From Eledone cirrhosa (Eukaryota), in contig OZ024740.1 of assembly GCA_964016885.1 (NCBI GenBank), positions 120,962,001 to 121,026,000 of the forward strand: a DNA stretch of 64,000 bases. Reading direction: 5' to 3'. Of this stretch, positions 38,101-51,485 are shown in pieces (within the stretch, counting starts at the first letter, position 1; each line of letters begins with the position of its first letter). The position numbers were made by a program, and so were the translations under genes. The notes under the pieces are model-generated. The model worked only from the letters and a program-made list of their open reading frames with translations. It made no database searches and was not told the origin of the DNA.

Positions 38101-40336
38101 ATTAGCGCTTTAGTTAAAAAACGGTTGACAGGGGCTATCGTCAACAGCAGGTGGTGGGGCTCTCCCAAGAGAGAGATTAGAGTAGTCTCGATAGGTTTTA
38201 GTAAGGAATTAGCCTCAGATAGGAATAGGAAGGAAAGGGATTTGCTAGATAGAGTAGAAGAGGCGATTAGAAGCGGCAACGTAGCCAGAGTGCTAGCGTC
38301 GAGAACGGCCTTAGACCAGTTTTTCGACGCCAAGCATGAAGCTGCGTTGTCAGAAGCAAAATACGTGCTCTAGGAAACGAGGGGGCCAAAACTGTTAGCT
38401 GGGCTCGCGTGACAAAAGACAAAATTGGGATTAAAACCACTATCCGTTCTTTGAAGGATCAGGATGGACGGGTGATCCTTGAACCTGGACAGATGTGTGA
38501 GGCCTTTCAAAGGCACTTTGCACGACTGTTCGGGAGGGGCGGGGAGCCGGATGGGGATGGGGATTTTGGTCCATACCTCGACGGCCTACCGCGTCTTTCG
38601 AACGAGGAGGAGAAATCCTGCGCTAGGGCGATTTCAGCTGTTGAAAAGGGGACGTGCTGAGCCAATGCGGCAAACGCAAATCCCGTGTCTTGATGCTCTT
38701 CCATACAAACTTTATGGTAGCGATGACGGATATTTTCTCCGATCTCCTCGAGGCGGTCTACTGCAACTGGCAAGAGAACGGGAGAATTCCCTGTTCTATG
38801 ACCAAGGGTGTAGTCTGACTAGTGAGGCAGGACGAAAACAAGGGGGATGAAATAAATAATTTCAGGCCCATAACTCTGCTAAATGCGCAAACCGATGCCC
38901 TGCGACGGCGTCGTTGGACGCTGGACGGAAGGCCCGGTGAAGCTGCTCGGGGTTTGTTTCGGACAAGACCTCCAGGTGGAGAAGAACGGCGGTGAGGTAA
39001 CAAACAGGGTGTTTGCTTTGGCCCAGAAGTGGGCCGAGTGCAAACTATCCCTGAAAGGTGGGGCGGAGGTGGCGAAAGCTTATATAGCGTACGTCATCTG
39101 TTACCGTTTGACTGGCGTGCCTTGCCCAGGTGAAAGGCTCACCGAAATGGAGAGCGCACTCTTCCAATTCCTTTGGAAGAAGCGGGCTCCTTTGGTGAGG
39201 AGATCCATCTGCTGTCAACACCCTTCGAAAGGAGGGCTGGGGATGCCGTGGCTGCAGATGCGTAAATACGCATTAAGGCGACGGCACCTCCAGGTATTCC
39301 TCACCGGTCAACCGGTGTGGGCCCAGTTTGTGAGGCGAGCGTTTCCGAGACTCGTCTCGCTAACCGAGCTGCAATCCTGGGTCAAGCAAAGACAGAGAAA
39401 ACTGGGCGCCTGGCACACGGAATGTGCTCTGGCGCCCACCGCTCTCTGGCAGGCGGACCCAGCTATCAGTGGAAACTCCACCTCGATATTCTATAGAGGA
39501 TTGATCAGCAGCAGGTGCGACGACGCCCTCAAAGAAGCCCTAGTCACGGAGGAGGAAGAACTGGCCAGCCTGTTCGGTAGGACATTTGGCCCGGGACCGA
39601 TGGACAACTTCCAGAGGGCCCTGACCTGGCAGTGCTACCATGGGGCTCTGCCCGCTGGAGACAAGCTCTACAGACACGGGCGCCCGGATAGGGACCCTTC
39701 GAAAAAGATCTGTCCGAAATGCGGGCGTGACAATGAAACCGTTGCGCACGCATTGGTACACTGCCCGTGGGGCTATGTGGAACGACTGCTGTCACGGGTG
39801 GTACCAATCTGGTTGACCAACGAGTCCGTTGTTACGATCAACCCCCCCCCTTCAAAAACGAAGGAGAGGCGGTCTTCCTCTGTGTAATAGCCATGGTGAA
39901 AGAGGTTGTATGATTGACGCGTTTGAAAGGACTAAGTTCGGACACCTTTCTCTCCGGCCAACAACTGGTCCTTTTCTTCCGATATCATTTCGAAAGAAGG
40001 ATCAGGATTGAGAGAGAGGTGCTCAACCCCAGCCAGTTTTATGAAAGGTGGGTGAAAGTGGCGAGAATAGCCCGTGTGAATGGGCTTTCTCTCTACATCA
40101 GCCTGTAGGTGGAAAGAATAGGAGAAGAAGGGAGCACCCTCTCTTTGTGCTCCCGAGGAGAAGGGTTGCACATGTTTTCGTGGGTGTGTGCGACCCCTAA
40201 ATCGCCCCTATTGAGGACTTCGATTGTTTTATTTTGTTTGTTATATTTTTGTACTCGTTTTATCGTATGTAACCCCCCCCCCCCATTTGTATTTGTCCCA
40301 ATCTCTTATGCCCCTGGTGGCAAATAAATAGAAAGT
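35178..40336 (+). mobile_element. Tx1/L1-like LINE, two-ORF, decayed, with 12-bp TSD TATCTATCTATC
   Basis: ORF1 remnants with a degenerate zinc knuckle (YLCGGRGYLMAAC); ORF2 LNARGL, GDWN, SDHKLV, GPGYWKLN, NFRPITLLN, CPKC...H...C; TSD at 35166-35177 and 40337-40348. Confidence 0.9.
37334..40108 (+). pseudogene. Tx1-like ORF2 (APE endonuclease, partial RT, C-terminal zinc finger), frameshifted, RT core absent
   Basis: ORF pieces 37334, 37585, 38409, 38883 and 39914. Confidence 0.88.
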
Positions 40337-40468
40337 TATCTATCTATCTATATATATGTGTGTGTGTGTATTTCATCTGCATTAAGACAAAAATTGTAAA
40401 TGCCCATTTTTGTACATATTAACACTTCTCAGGTAGTAAATAAAAGAAGGAAACGTATTTTTCAATCA

Positions 40469-40648
40469 TTTGCAGTATCGGTAGAGGGTGGGACATGCTT
40501 TCCAGCATAGTTACGTCCGCTTTCGATCTGAGTTCAAATCCGGCCGAGGTTAACTTTGCCTTTCATCCTTACGGGGTCGATAAAATAAAGTACCAGTAAT
40601 CTACTGGATAATTGCTGGCCTTGTGCCTAAAATAGAAACAATTATTAT
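40469..40648 (+). mobile_element. tRNA-derived SINE
   Basis: Same family as 33478-33659. Confidence 0.85.
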
Positions 40649-41454
40649 TTTCCTATATAACTTTAAAAAGCGATACATCGTAGTTACTAATAGATGTATA
40701 TTTTTTCATCGTATTTACACTACAGTTGTAGTTGTTGATGCATAAACATATTGGTTTCTGATATATCTAGATAGGCGATGAATTTGCAAAATTGTTAGTA
40801 CGATGGATAGAATACGCTTCTGTATTCATTCCTTCTCTCTTCTCTCTAGGTTCAAATCCCGCCCAGGTCAACTATGCATTTCATCATTTTGAGGCCGATA
40901 ACGAGATACCACTCTAGTACAGGATTCCATTCTTCATCTATATCTCTTTCTCACTTTCCTTTTCTCACTCTCTATCTTTCACTGGAAGAAATCTGGTTTG
41001 TTCAGATCTGGAGACAGAATGAACCCCGCCAGGTTTAAAATGAGCCAAGAAACACGTCCATCTATTCATCCATCCATCCATATATATCTAGAAAATATTA
41101 GGCGAAGTGAGCAATCGATGATTGCTAGTAGGTAAAGGGACGTAACAAATTATGATTAGATACCTCACCACGAAAGATAATTCTGAATCCAAGTGGCTGT
41201 TAGTCCCACTGAATGTTAATATATATATCTAAATGAAGCCTGAGACGGCAACATGGCATAACTAAAATGTTGGACCGAATATTTTGCAGTATTCTTTCTG
41301 TCTCCCCGTGCTTTCAGTTCAAATCCTGCTTGGATCGAATATGCCTCTCATAATTTCAAGGTTTATAATTAAATCACCAGACGATATAAATACCGGGGTC
41401 GAATCTTCTATCATCTGTTTTCTCACTAACTGTCACGATCTCTCTCTTTTTCTG

Positions 41455-41864
41455 GTAGACATCATCTGTATTCAGACAGACAAGGATGGGGGTCTACGAG
41501 GTGTAAAAGATATACCGGCGCCATTAGACTCCATCAGCAATTCATGACCAATGTCAGGGAAATGAAATAGAGAAATTATCCAAATAGAAAAAAACCTGTA
41601 AATAGAGTTAACCAGAATGTGCGTATTGAAAATAGAAACAATTCTTATAATACCAAGTGCTTTGGGAATGATTGCTCTGGGAAAACATGCAGACAAATCC
41701 ATAACCAGAGAAAATAGTTATACTAGTACACATATTGCATAGTGTAATTTCCATAAACAGAAAAGCGTCATCCCAAAATAAACCACTGCATATACTCAAG
41801 GAGAACAAAGAAGTGTTGAGTATTGCAGTGAAACAAGGCAATAAAATATGACTATTACTACATT

Positions 41865-41870
<6 letters not shown>
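41455..41870 (+). pseudogene. 3' remnant of a restriction-like-endonuclease (R4/NeSL-type) LINE followed by (TAC)n/(GAT)n
   Basis: Degenerate IQTDK, IELTRM..LK.ETI..I..ALG.I and TAHIL.R-like ending. Confidence 0.5.
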
Positions 41871-41907
<37 letters not shown>

Positions 41908-41938
41908 GCTGCTACTGCTACTACTGATGATGATGTTG

Positions 41939-41971
<33 letters not shown>

Positions 41972-42585
41972 ATAATGATGACAAAAAGAATATCAATAAT
42001 CAACAATGATATTAGGCCATGTGATTGTCTAGAATTCACACACTCCAATATACACATGACGCATGTTGTATAAATAAGTTCACTTTTCAGGCACAAGCTT
42101 AAGGGTTCTAAACCTATATATGGTTTTATTATCTTTTGTATGTTGAACATGATTGATTGGCGGAACAATTACAGAGTCAAAGAGATGTCTTAATATATTT
42201 AACGTCCTGGTTTCAAATCTCACTAAAGTTAACAGCCGTTCATCCCTCTGGGTTCGGTAAAATACGTATAGTACCAGTAATGAACTGAGTTTGATTTAAT
42301 CGACTTTCATCTTCCCTTCAAATTGCTGACCTTCTGCAAAAATTAGTAAGTTATTTCTCTTGCGCTTTAATCCTTTATTTAGTTAGAAAATAAGTGCACG
42401 CTCATACATTCACACACAACCAAACACTGACACACACGCACACACACATGGGAGACACATTGTACTAATGACAAGTGCTCCACATGCCATCGTTAATCGA
42501 ACGTACGCCCGTTCAGTTGTGGGATTGAAACCATAGCTACTTAGACCTGTGCCTTCACAAGTACACTCACACGTACCAACACGAA

Positions 42586-42645
<60 letters not shown>

Positions 42646-43576
42646 TAAATATACACGGGTGTGTATGATTGTGTATAGAAGATTATATTAATAAGAGGAA
42701 TTCCGACTTTGTCTGATTTACTCGTTTTATTTACAATCCTTTAAAATTTATAATGGTATTATAATGAAATAGTATGATAGAATATTACATTCTAAGTGTT
42801 AATTGAACAAGTACTTTCATGCTTTCGCAATCTTCCGGTTCATAATATGTGGTGACAGTCAAGTTTGCAATTTTCAACTGTAATGAGATGGGTAAATTTT
42901 CTACCTTATATACAGTGAAAAGTGGCTCCAGAATGCTAAATCTTGCAAACTGTATTTCGACCAATCAGTGTGTAGTTTCACTGAATTACTAAAGCTGATT
43001 GGTTTAAGCGTCACGGCTGGTTGAGCATGTCTGACGACCAATAATTAATCATATCCAAAGCATCAATTGTTTTGCTATTTTTAGAAATGATCAAAATAGC
43101 ATTTTCTAGTAATCATCACTATCAACATCACTTTTATTATTATTATTATTGTTGTTGTTGTTGTTGTTAGTGGTCGTAGTCATAGTCATAGTAGAAGTAA
43201 TACCCCTAAGCGTTATTATTGTTCATTTAGCTTGGGTTTGAATTTATCAATAACATTCTTTTCTTTGATTTTTCTCTTGATTTCACTTGGGCTGTGTAAT
43301 TTGTAGAATGGGAATATTATAAATATTCCCTGACCACATGTTGCTAGATGGTTACTTAGGGGTATCTGACGGACATTTGGGTCTCTGATTTGCTGACGGT
43401 GTACCCGTCCACGTTCCGATAGTGCATTTCCAGTTTGACCGACATATAGTTCTTCACAGTCGTGCCATCCACCTCATACAAAACGCAACATCCCATACTG
43501 CCTAGCCAGAAGAATTTGTACCATTGTAGAAGATACGAATACCAGGTACAAACGCCTAACAGAACTAAGAGAATTT

Positions 43577-44128
43577 TTGCTCAATCAAAAATACCCATAT
43601 CTACTTATAGAAAATGGCATACAGCGGGCTATAAAAATACCTATACAACAACTTAGGAAAACCCAAGGAAGAAGAAACCAAGAACTGGTCATACCATTTA
43701 TAATGACACACAACCCATGTCACCAGAATATCTTCAACACTGCCAAAGCAAACCTACCGATCATTACTCAAAGTAATGAATTAAAAGGCTTAATCACAGA
43801 TCGATCTTTGACTCTTAGTAAAAGACAGCCAAAAGATTTGAAGCAATTACTAACAAAAGAAAAGTTTGACCTTAACAACAAAGACCAATCATTCACTGTA
43901 TCTAAATGCAATGATAGTCGATGCGGGACATGTCAATCCATACACGCCGGTCAATATATGAAAACAAAAACTGGAAAAATATTCCCAAATGCAAATATGA
44001 ACTGCAAAAGCAGAAATCTAATTTACTGCATTAAATGCCCGAATTGTGAAGAACTATATGTCGGTCAAACTGAAAATGCACTATCGGAACGTGCACGGGT
44101 ACACCGTCAGCAAATCAGATACCCCTAA
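43577..44128 (+). pseudogene. PLE linker + GIY-YIG endonuclease fragment
   Basis: KCNDSRCGTC, NLIYCIKCPNC..LYVGQT...R...H. Confidence 0.88.
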
Positions 44129-44640
44129 GTAACCATCTAGAAACATGTGGTCAGGGAATATTTATAATATTCCCATTCTACAAATTACACAGCCCAAGTG
44201 AAATCAAGAGAAAAATCAAAGAGAAGAATTTTATTGATAAATTCAAACCCAAGCTAAATGAACAATAATAACGCTTCCGGGTATTACTTCTACTATGACT
44301 ATGACTACGACCACTAACAATAACAACAACAACAACAACAATAATAATAATAATAAAAGTGATGTTGATAGTGATGATTACTAGAAAATGCTATTTTGAT
44401 CATTTCTAAAAATAGCAAAACAATTGATGCTTTGGATATGATTAATTATTGGTCGTTAGACATGCTCAACCATCCGTGACGCTTAAACCAATCAGCTTTA
44501 GTAATTCAGTGAAACTACACACTGATTGGTCGAAATACAGTTTACAAGATTCTGGAGCCACTTTTCACTGTATATAAGGTAGAACATTTACCCATCTCAT
44601 TGCAGTTGAAAATTGCAAACTTGACTGTCACCACATATTA

Positions 44641-44679
44641 TGAACCTGAAGATTGCGAAAGCATGAAAGTACTTGTTCA
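44641..44679 (+). ncRNA. Minimal type-I hammerhead ribozyme, family C (mirror copy 42804-42842 has a CGGA core mutation)
   Basis: tgaac-CTGAAGA-t-tgc-gaaa-gca-t-GAAA-gtac-TT-gttca. Confidence 0.85.
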
Positions 44680-44819
44680 ATTAACACTTAGAATTTAATA
44701 TTCTATCATACTATTTCATTATAACACCATTATAAATCTTAAAGGATTGTAAATAAAACGAGTAAATCAGACAAAGTTGGAATTCCTCTTATTAATATAT
44801 ATATACATACATACATACA

Positions 44820-45416
44820 TGGTGGCTGCCAACTCGTTTTCGAGTACGGCCACTACTTTATATCCATGTAGGAGAACCCCTACCGATGCGCTGAACGAAT
44901 GTGACTTTTTAGTCCAGCCAGCGACTTGAAAACTCTGGTACAAAGACTACACTTGTGACCATTATTGACACATAGTGCAGGGCCCATGGTACCATGTGAT
45001 GATAAGTGCAGAGAGATCTCCAGATATAAAGCAATGCCTGTGCTGTGAAGCTTTTATAGTGAGCAAAGGCACTGCACAAAGCCAGTCCCACTCTCTTAAC
45101 CAAGATGATATTTACCAAAAAGAAGAACAAGTCAACATCATTGGATACCATCAGGGTTGCAGGTGTTATATCAGAGTTTTCCTTCTCCTAGAATTCTGCC
45201 TTGACAAAGGCTAAGGGGTCATCTCTCCCGGTGATTTTGGATGGCTATTGACTCTTAAGAGCTCCCTTGCCCTTTGACAGGTTTTGCTTTTAGTCCTGCA
45301 GGATGTCCAAAGTCACCCTCCTCACCAAGAAACCTTGGTGGGGTTGCCAGTTTAGTCGCCAACGACCCGACCATGAGACAGGTTGTACTGGGATACATGT
45401 TACCAGTAGCACCAAC
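44820..45416 (-). mobile_element. About 600-bp RTE-related SINE, in (ATAC)n
   Basis: Reverse complement of 17772-18368. Confidence 0.8.
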
Positions 45417-46445
45417 ATACATACATACATACATACATACATACATACATACATACATACATACATACATACATACATACGTATAAATATATATGTGTGT
45501 GTGTGTGTGTAAAGAATTTGCGCCACCGCAATATCTATGAAACACCTTTTTAACTACTGTTAAATATTCGTTAACAACTACTTGTGTATTCGTGCACCTA
45601 CTAGCTCTGGATATAAATCTACATCAACATGGTGACTTGTACGACTAGTGTATCCCGAGGACTCTGGGAACACATATTCTCCTCTTTTTCACACCTAATC
45701 TTTACTAACAGATGATTAATATTTCCGTGACTCAGCTGGTAGGTTCCATCACGACTAAAGTTATAATTAACATCATATCCTAATCCCTTAGCTAAAACAG
45801 AAAGGAAGTATTTTATTGCATATTATAACCAAAATACCTTCTGCCTTATCCGCCGATGCTATGATGCATCTATTTTGAAACCTACCTAAAAGTTGCTTCA
45901 CCTCATGCGCCATCGTGCCAAACCCTCTTAGCCTACTCATTACCTAACTAACAACACTCTATTTCTATTTTCCGAACACCTCACTAGCAAAACCAAATTT
46001 CAGGCCTAACCTTACCACGAAATCACCGATTGATTCCAACAACAACTTACCAACTGTGGACCCCCATGTCCTTACAAATCCCCTAAATTTAGTTCCCTTT
46101 ATCATAAACCACGTAAGATGCTTGTTCTCGTTTATAGCCTCATCACCAGTAATTAAGTGTCTTACTTCCCCAATAGACTGGCTGAACAAGCGTGCTTTTC
46201 CGTCTCTTCCACTTCTGACTCTCCATTAACTTTCTTTAATATCTCATTCTATCATCTGATAAAAGACTAACGTCTGAAACGTTAAACCTCTATTCTTAAT
46301 ATATCAAACGATAAACTAATATATCTTAATTCTAATGTATCATTCTGTAGTGTTGATTCCCGTTTACAATTCGCGCACACACACACACACACATACGCAC
46401 ACGCACACGCGCACGAACGCACGCAAATATACATAAATACATACA

Positions 46446-46935
46446 TGGTGGCTGCCAACTCGTTTTCGAGTACGGCCACTACATTATATCCATGTAGGCG
46501 AACCCTTACCGATGCACTGAACGAGTGTGACTTTTTAGTCCAGCCAGTGACTTGAAAACTCTGGTACAAACACCACACTTGTGACAATTATTGACACATA
46601 ATGTTGGGCCCATGGTACCATGTGACGACAAGTGCAGAGAGATCTCCAGATATAAAGCAATGCCTGTGCCGTGAAGCTTTTATAGTGAGCAAAGGCACTG
46701 CACAAAGCCAGACCCACTCTCTTAACCAAGATGATATTTAGCAAAAAGGAGAACAAGTCAACATCATTGGATACCATCAGGGTTGCAGGTGTTTTATCAG
46801 AGTGTTCCTTCTTAGAGTTTTCCTTCTTAGAGTTTTCCTTCTTAGAGTTTTCCTTCTTAGAGTTTTCCTTCAGAGTTTTCCTTCAGAGATTTCCCCTTAG
46901 CCTTTGTCAAGGCAGAATTCTAGAAGAAGGAAAAC
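46446..46935 (-). mobile_element. 5'-truncated copy of the RTE-related SINE with a stutter array and a 43-bp inversion
   Basis: Matches 44820-45185; AGAGTTTTCCTTCTT repeats at 46799-46893; 46893-46935 inverted. Confidence 0.8.
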
Positions 46936-46992
46936 ATACATGCATGCATGCATGCATACATACATACATACATACATACATACATACATACA

Positions 46993-47024
<32 letters not shown>

Positions 47025-48668
47025 GAAGAGCAACACGACTATTTGTTTTCAGGAAACTCTCATCAAATTACTATTTTCATGTGAACGACTGCAAGTTATA
47101 AAAAAAAAACAGAAACTGAAATGAAAAAAAATAAGAAAAACCTTTAATTTTGTATATGACTTCGTTTCCAACATCGAACTGTCAGTCAGATCGAATCAAT
47201 TAAATAATTTTCAAATATATACACAACACAAACTTGGAGAGGAAGGATGGAACGATTTTTGGTAAAGGTATAAACTAGTGTCATTTTGCACTGGAGAGGT
47301 ATAGAAGAGCTACATCTATTTCTTTTATATATTTTGTGTCTGTTCATCTCTTGCTGTTTTCTTAACAAAGCATATCATATAGGGCACGGATATTCACATG
47401 GTCTAGAATTCAAATAGGCATGATTACACAAAAAAGGTTTCGCTTCGATTTTAAACATAGAAACATACTTATTATCCATTGTTTCATTTTAAACACAAGC
47501 ACACTTGATATGGAATTGCTTGCTGCTCGCACATCAAGCTCGACGTTTCCATTAAGTGCATAATGGTTTTTTAATAAAAATAAATCCCTTTGCATATAAA
47601 GGCAAATCCTCGCATTCTACACGTTGGTTTTACACGATGATTAAAGTAAATACGCTGTAGACTACATTTGATACACTATATATTAATTTGGACATTATTC
47701 TGTTTCAACCTCACTTGTACATGTGAAATTGGGATATGTAGAATATTAAAACAGAAAAAAAAAACGTGGTATGAACAAGTTGTACACATGAATCAGAGAT
47801 ACAACCTATTTTTGCCAGCTACATGGACTAAAACAATGTGCAATAATATGTCTTGTTCAAGTACACAACGCACCGCCGGGAATCAAACTCATGATCTTAC
47901 ACCGTAAAACTTTTGCTACGCACAATCACTCAAGAATAGTTACTACTATAATGTCTGATTGAACTGCCACTTTCTAAATCCATTCGATGTACCTCAAGTA
48001 TTTCTACAAGTTACTTAATTTTCTTCTGCACCATTTTCCTTCATAGATTTAACCTGGTTTGTATCAAACTCACCATCTTATTCTTATTCATCTGCATGGA
48101 AAAGGATGAATGATCTATGGTGAGAACTTCTCAGGCTAAATAAAAAAAAGAAGAACATGAATAATGTAATATAATTTGCTGGAATTTGCTTGCTACGGAA
48201 GCAAATTTCCTCATAATTAGAGGAGAGACGAAATAAGATTACGTGAAGGTTCATCCGTTAAAGTCATTAATTAAGCAAATGCAGCAGTGAAATGGATTCA
48301 AATCAGGTCACATAATACTCCCCAAATTGTTGCTTCTTTCTACAGTGATCACCAATCTTCATTTGAATGATATCAACCACTTTTTTCAATGATAATTATT
48401 TTTATTTGAAGAGACGTTGCAACATGCTGTCATGATTCCATCATTCTTGAACGACTTTGGAGAATTTAAAGACAAAATAAATTAAACTTAATAAGGTTTC
48501 AAAATAGAAATAACTATCGACATTTTTAGCAGTGATCAGATAGTTCATTAACCTATCTGACAACGTCTACAAGGCCTTTTTAAAAAATAGATGGGAGAAA
48601 TAAACACGTTTATATGATGTTGTTTCTACTACTACTACTGCTACTACTCCTGCTGCTGCTGCTGCTAT

Positions 48669-48704
<36 letters not shown>

Positions 48705-49602
48705 CACTACTACTATTACTGCTGCTGTGGATGTTGTTGCCATAAAGAGCCCCTTCATTATTGTAATGCATTTCCATTACTCTCAAGCAAGACAAACATC
48801 CTAAATATTTTTCAGATACTGAAAAGCGTAGATTGACTAGATCATAGTTTTGCTTCAACTTTCATGGTGTTCTGAGACGTAATGGACGGAGTCACAACAT
48901 CACACTCCCCAAAGATTGTGTTGTTGTGCCAGAGTGTCGGTGCCTACATCGGTGTGTATCCTCGATTAGTTCAGGTGTTGCAGTGGAAGGGGCTTGATGA
49001 TGAGACATTGGCTTCTGTATTAAGAGACAGAATACAGCAGCCTTCCAGTATAGATCTATGCCTACCTACCAAGCGTAATTGAAATTGAACCATTTAATTG
49101 ATAATTCTGAACTCGAGGAAAACTTACAGCAGTCGGCGCCAATTATCTTCAAACATAATAAAAACAATTCCCAACTAACCTCTAACTATGGATTTTCTCG
49201 TGGTTTCGACATGTTTAAATGTGTTTCTCAAATATCAGTGTTCATAATATTTCCTACACAACACCTAGTTTAATTGTGTATCCTGTTATTGGGTTGAACT
49301 TTCTATATTCATCATGTTGCTGGTATCACTTATAATCGGGACTGCGCACACGTAATAATTGTTACTGCACATAACTATTATATTTCAAATTTGAATTCTT
49401 ATCGTTTGAAACTGAAATAGAATCACATTAGTTAAACAAGAAATCATAGGTATATTCAAGATATATATTAAGGGGCATAATTCCTGATAGCAGAGATTTT
49501 GAAGTTGTTTGTATTGGAATGTTTAAACAGTATATATGGCAAATTATCACATTTAAAAAGAAATAAACTATAATATAATATCATTTTATTAAACCTTTCT
49601 CG

Positions 49603-50127
49603 AAGCGGTGGATTAGCAGAATCGTTACAGTATCGATAAAAATGCTTTGCGGCATTTGATATTTGTTCCAATTCTTTACATTCTGAGATACAATCCCAAC
49701 TTTGTCTTTTATCATTCTAGGATCGATAAAATATAATACCAGTAACACACTGGGTTAATTGCTGGCCTTGTGCCAAAAAGTAGAAACAATTATTAGAGGG
49801 CGGTGAATTGGCAGTATCGGTAGTGGGCCAGACATCCTTTCCAGCATAGTTACGTCCCTTTACGGTCGGAGTTCAAATACCGCCGAGGTTTACTTTGCCT
49901 TTCATCCTTACGGGGTCGATATAATAAAGTACCAGTAATGTACTGGGTATTTGCTGGCCTTGTGCCAAAAGTAGAAACAATTATTATTTGATTGGCAGTA
50001 TCAGTAGAAGGTCGGACACCATGCTTTGCAGCATAGAGTTACGCCTCTTTTATGGTGTGAGTTCAAATCCCGCTGAGGTTCACTTTGCCGTTCATCCTTA
50101 CGGGGTCGATAAAATAAAATACCAATA
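49603..50127 (+). mobile_element. Three head-to-tail tRNA-derived SINEs (49603-49796, 49799-49988, 49991-50127)
   Basis: Repeated A/B boxes and shared body ctttcatccttacggggtcgataaaataaagtaccag. Confidence 0.85.
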
Positions 50128-51432
50128 CACGCCGTTTGAGTTGCAGATTGTTTAGAGTGACAGATATATTGTCGGTTTTTTCCGACTCTTTGAGGATTCT
50201 TGGATAGGAGATCGAATTATAGCACCCCACTTTGAACAGTGGTCTGCCATTAGAGGAATGCATGTTAAATCAGGCTTCCAGTTTAAGGATACCCTTCCTA
50301 CTTACTCCCATCAGTTTCAAATACCCTGAATAATAATGGATCATGTGTACTATTCGTTCCACCCTGAATAGGCAGTAAAAATATGACGGTAGATGAAGTG
50401 CGTTTGGTAAAATCTTCTCAAGTAGCTACATAGTTGACCGAGTTCACATGGATTTTTTTTATGATCAGATTTTTATGTTTATATAAAAAAAAGTGAAGTG
50501 GAAACTATCACTATCTACAGACCAAAGACATTATTTCATTATCTAACGTACTACTTGCTTAATTATAACTGAAATGTGTGATTTGAGATATGTATAATTG
50601 TTGTTTCATGTAGCCCGAGGTTACCGCTAGTCACTGATCTACATTGTCTATGGCATCACTTCTTTATTTATGACGGCAAGGTGTAATTTGAAAGAAATTT
50701 GGCTGCTCTTTTAAGTAAACCGTAGAAACTCTCCCTTATCTTTATGTCTATGTAAGAAACAATATTTGTCCTGCTGCCGTTTAAATTCATAACACAAATC
50801 GACCTTAATCAGTAAATCCTGAAAAGCCAGATCCTAATTAATAAGATTGTCACATATCTTAACGAGAGGACGTTTTAATTATTATATCATAATTTAATAC
50901 TTAAAGCATATCAAATCCTTTAGTGAGTATTAATGACATTTATTAGTAAGATATCGGCAAATATTTGTCGCCATCAATTGAGGATATCATCACTAGTCTT
51001 CGTCTTCTCTGCTTAATTCAGGTAATTCTCCGCAGATAACATGAATTGTCTCTGCAATTGCTAATCGGATTAAAACACTGGACTAGCTTAAATCAGATAT
51101 AGTGCACTCTGTACCTTAAACTTGTCTTTTTGATTGCTTGTCTGCCAGTGTTACTGCATAAATGCGTGCATGAATCTATATTATTGCATGCATTTATTCA
51201 CTCATTTATTTACATAGTTTTTTTCTGTTTTACTGCTCTTTATGCTCTCTCCTTATTTTGTCATTAATTTGTTCCATTTTTATAACTGTTTCACTCGTTT
51301 CTCTTATTTTCCATTCTCTCACTTTTATCACTTTCCCATCTTTCGTTCTGTTTTTCTTTTCCGCCTTCTCTTTTTCTTTTTCCGTTCTCTGCCTATCATT
51401 GCATTATTTTTGTTTTTACATACTTTCATTTC

Positions 51433-51485
<53 letters not shown>

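Larger units (their letters stand above)
42651..44797 (+). mobile_element. PLE family C fold-back insertion: 5'-truncated copy plus an inverted 3' arm of about 770 bp
   Basis: About 42684-43458 is inverted at about 44045-44797; GIY-YIG ORF in the spacer; (TA)n flanks. Confidence 0.92.

Noticed and set aside
46251-46290. HHR-like CTGATAA-agac/gtct-GAAA-cg-TT
   Set aside because: Core mutated and no stem I; at best a decayed motif
46799-46893. CRISPR-like short repeats
   Set aside because: No spacers; a slippage array in eukaryotic repeat DNA
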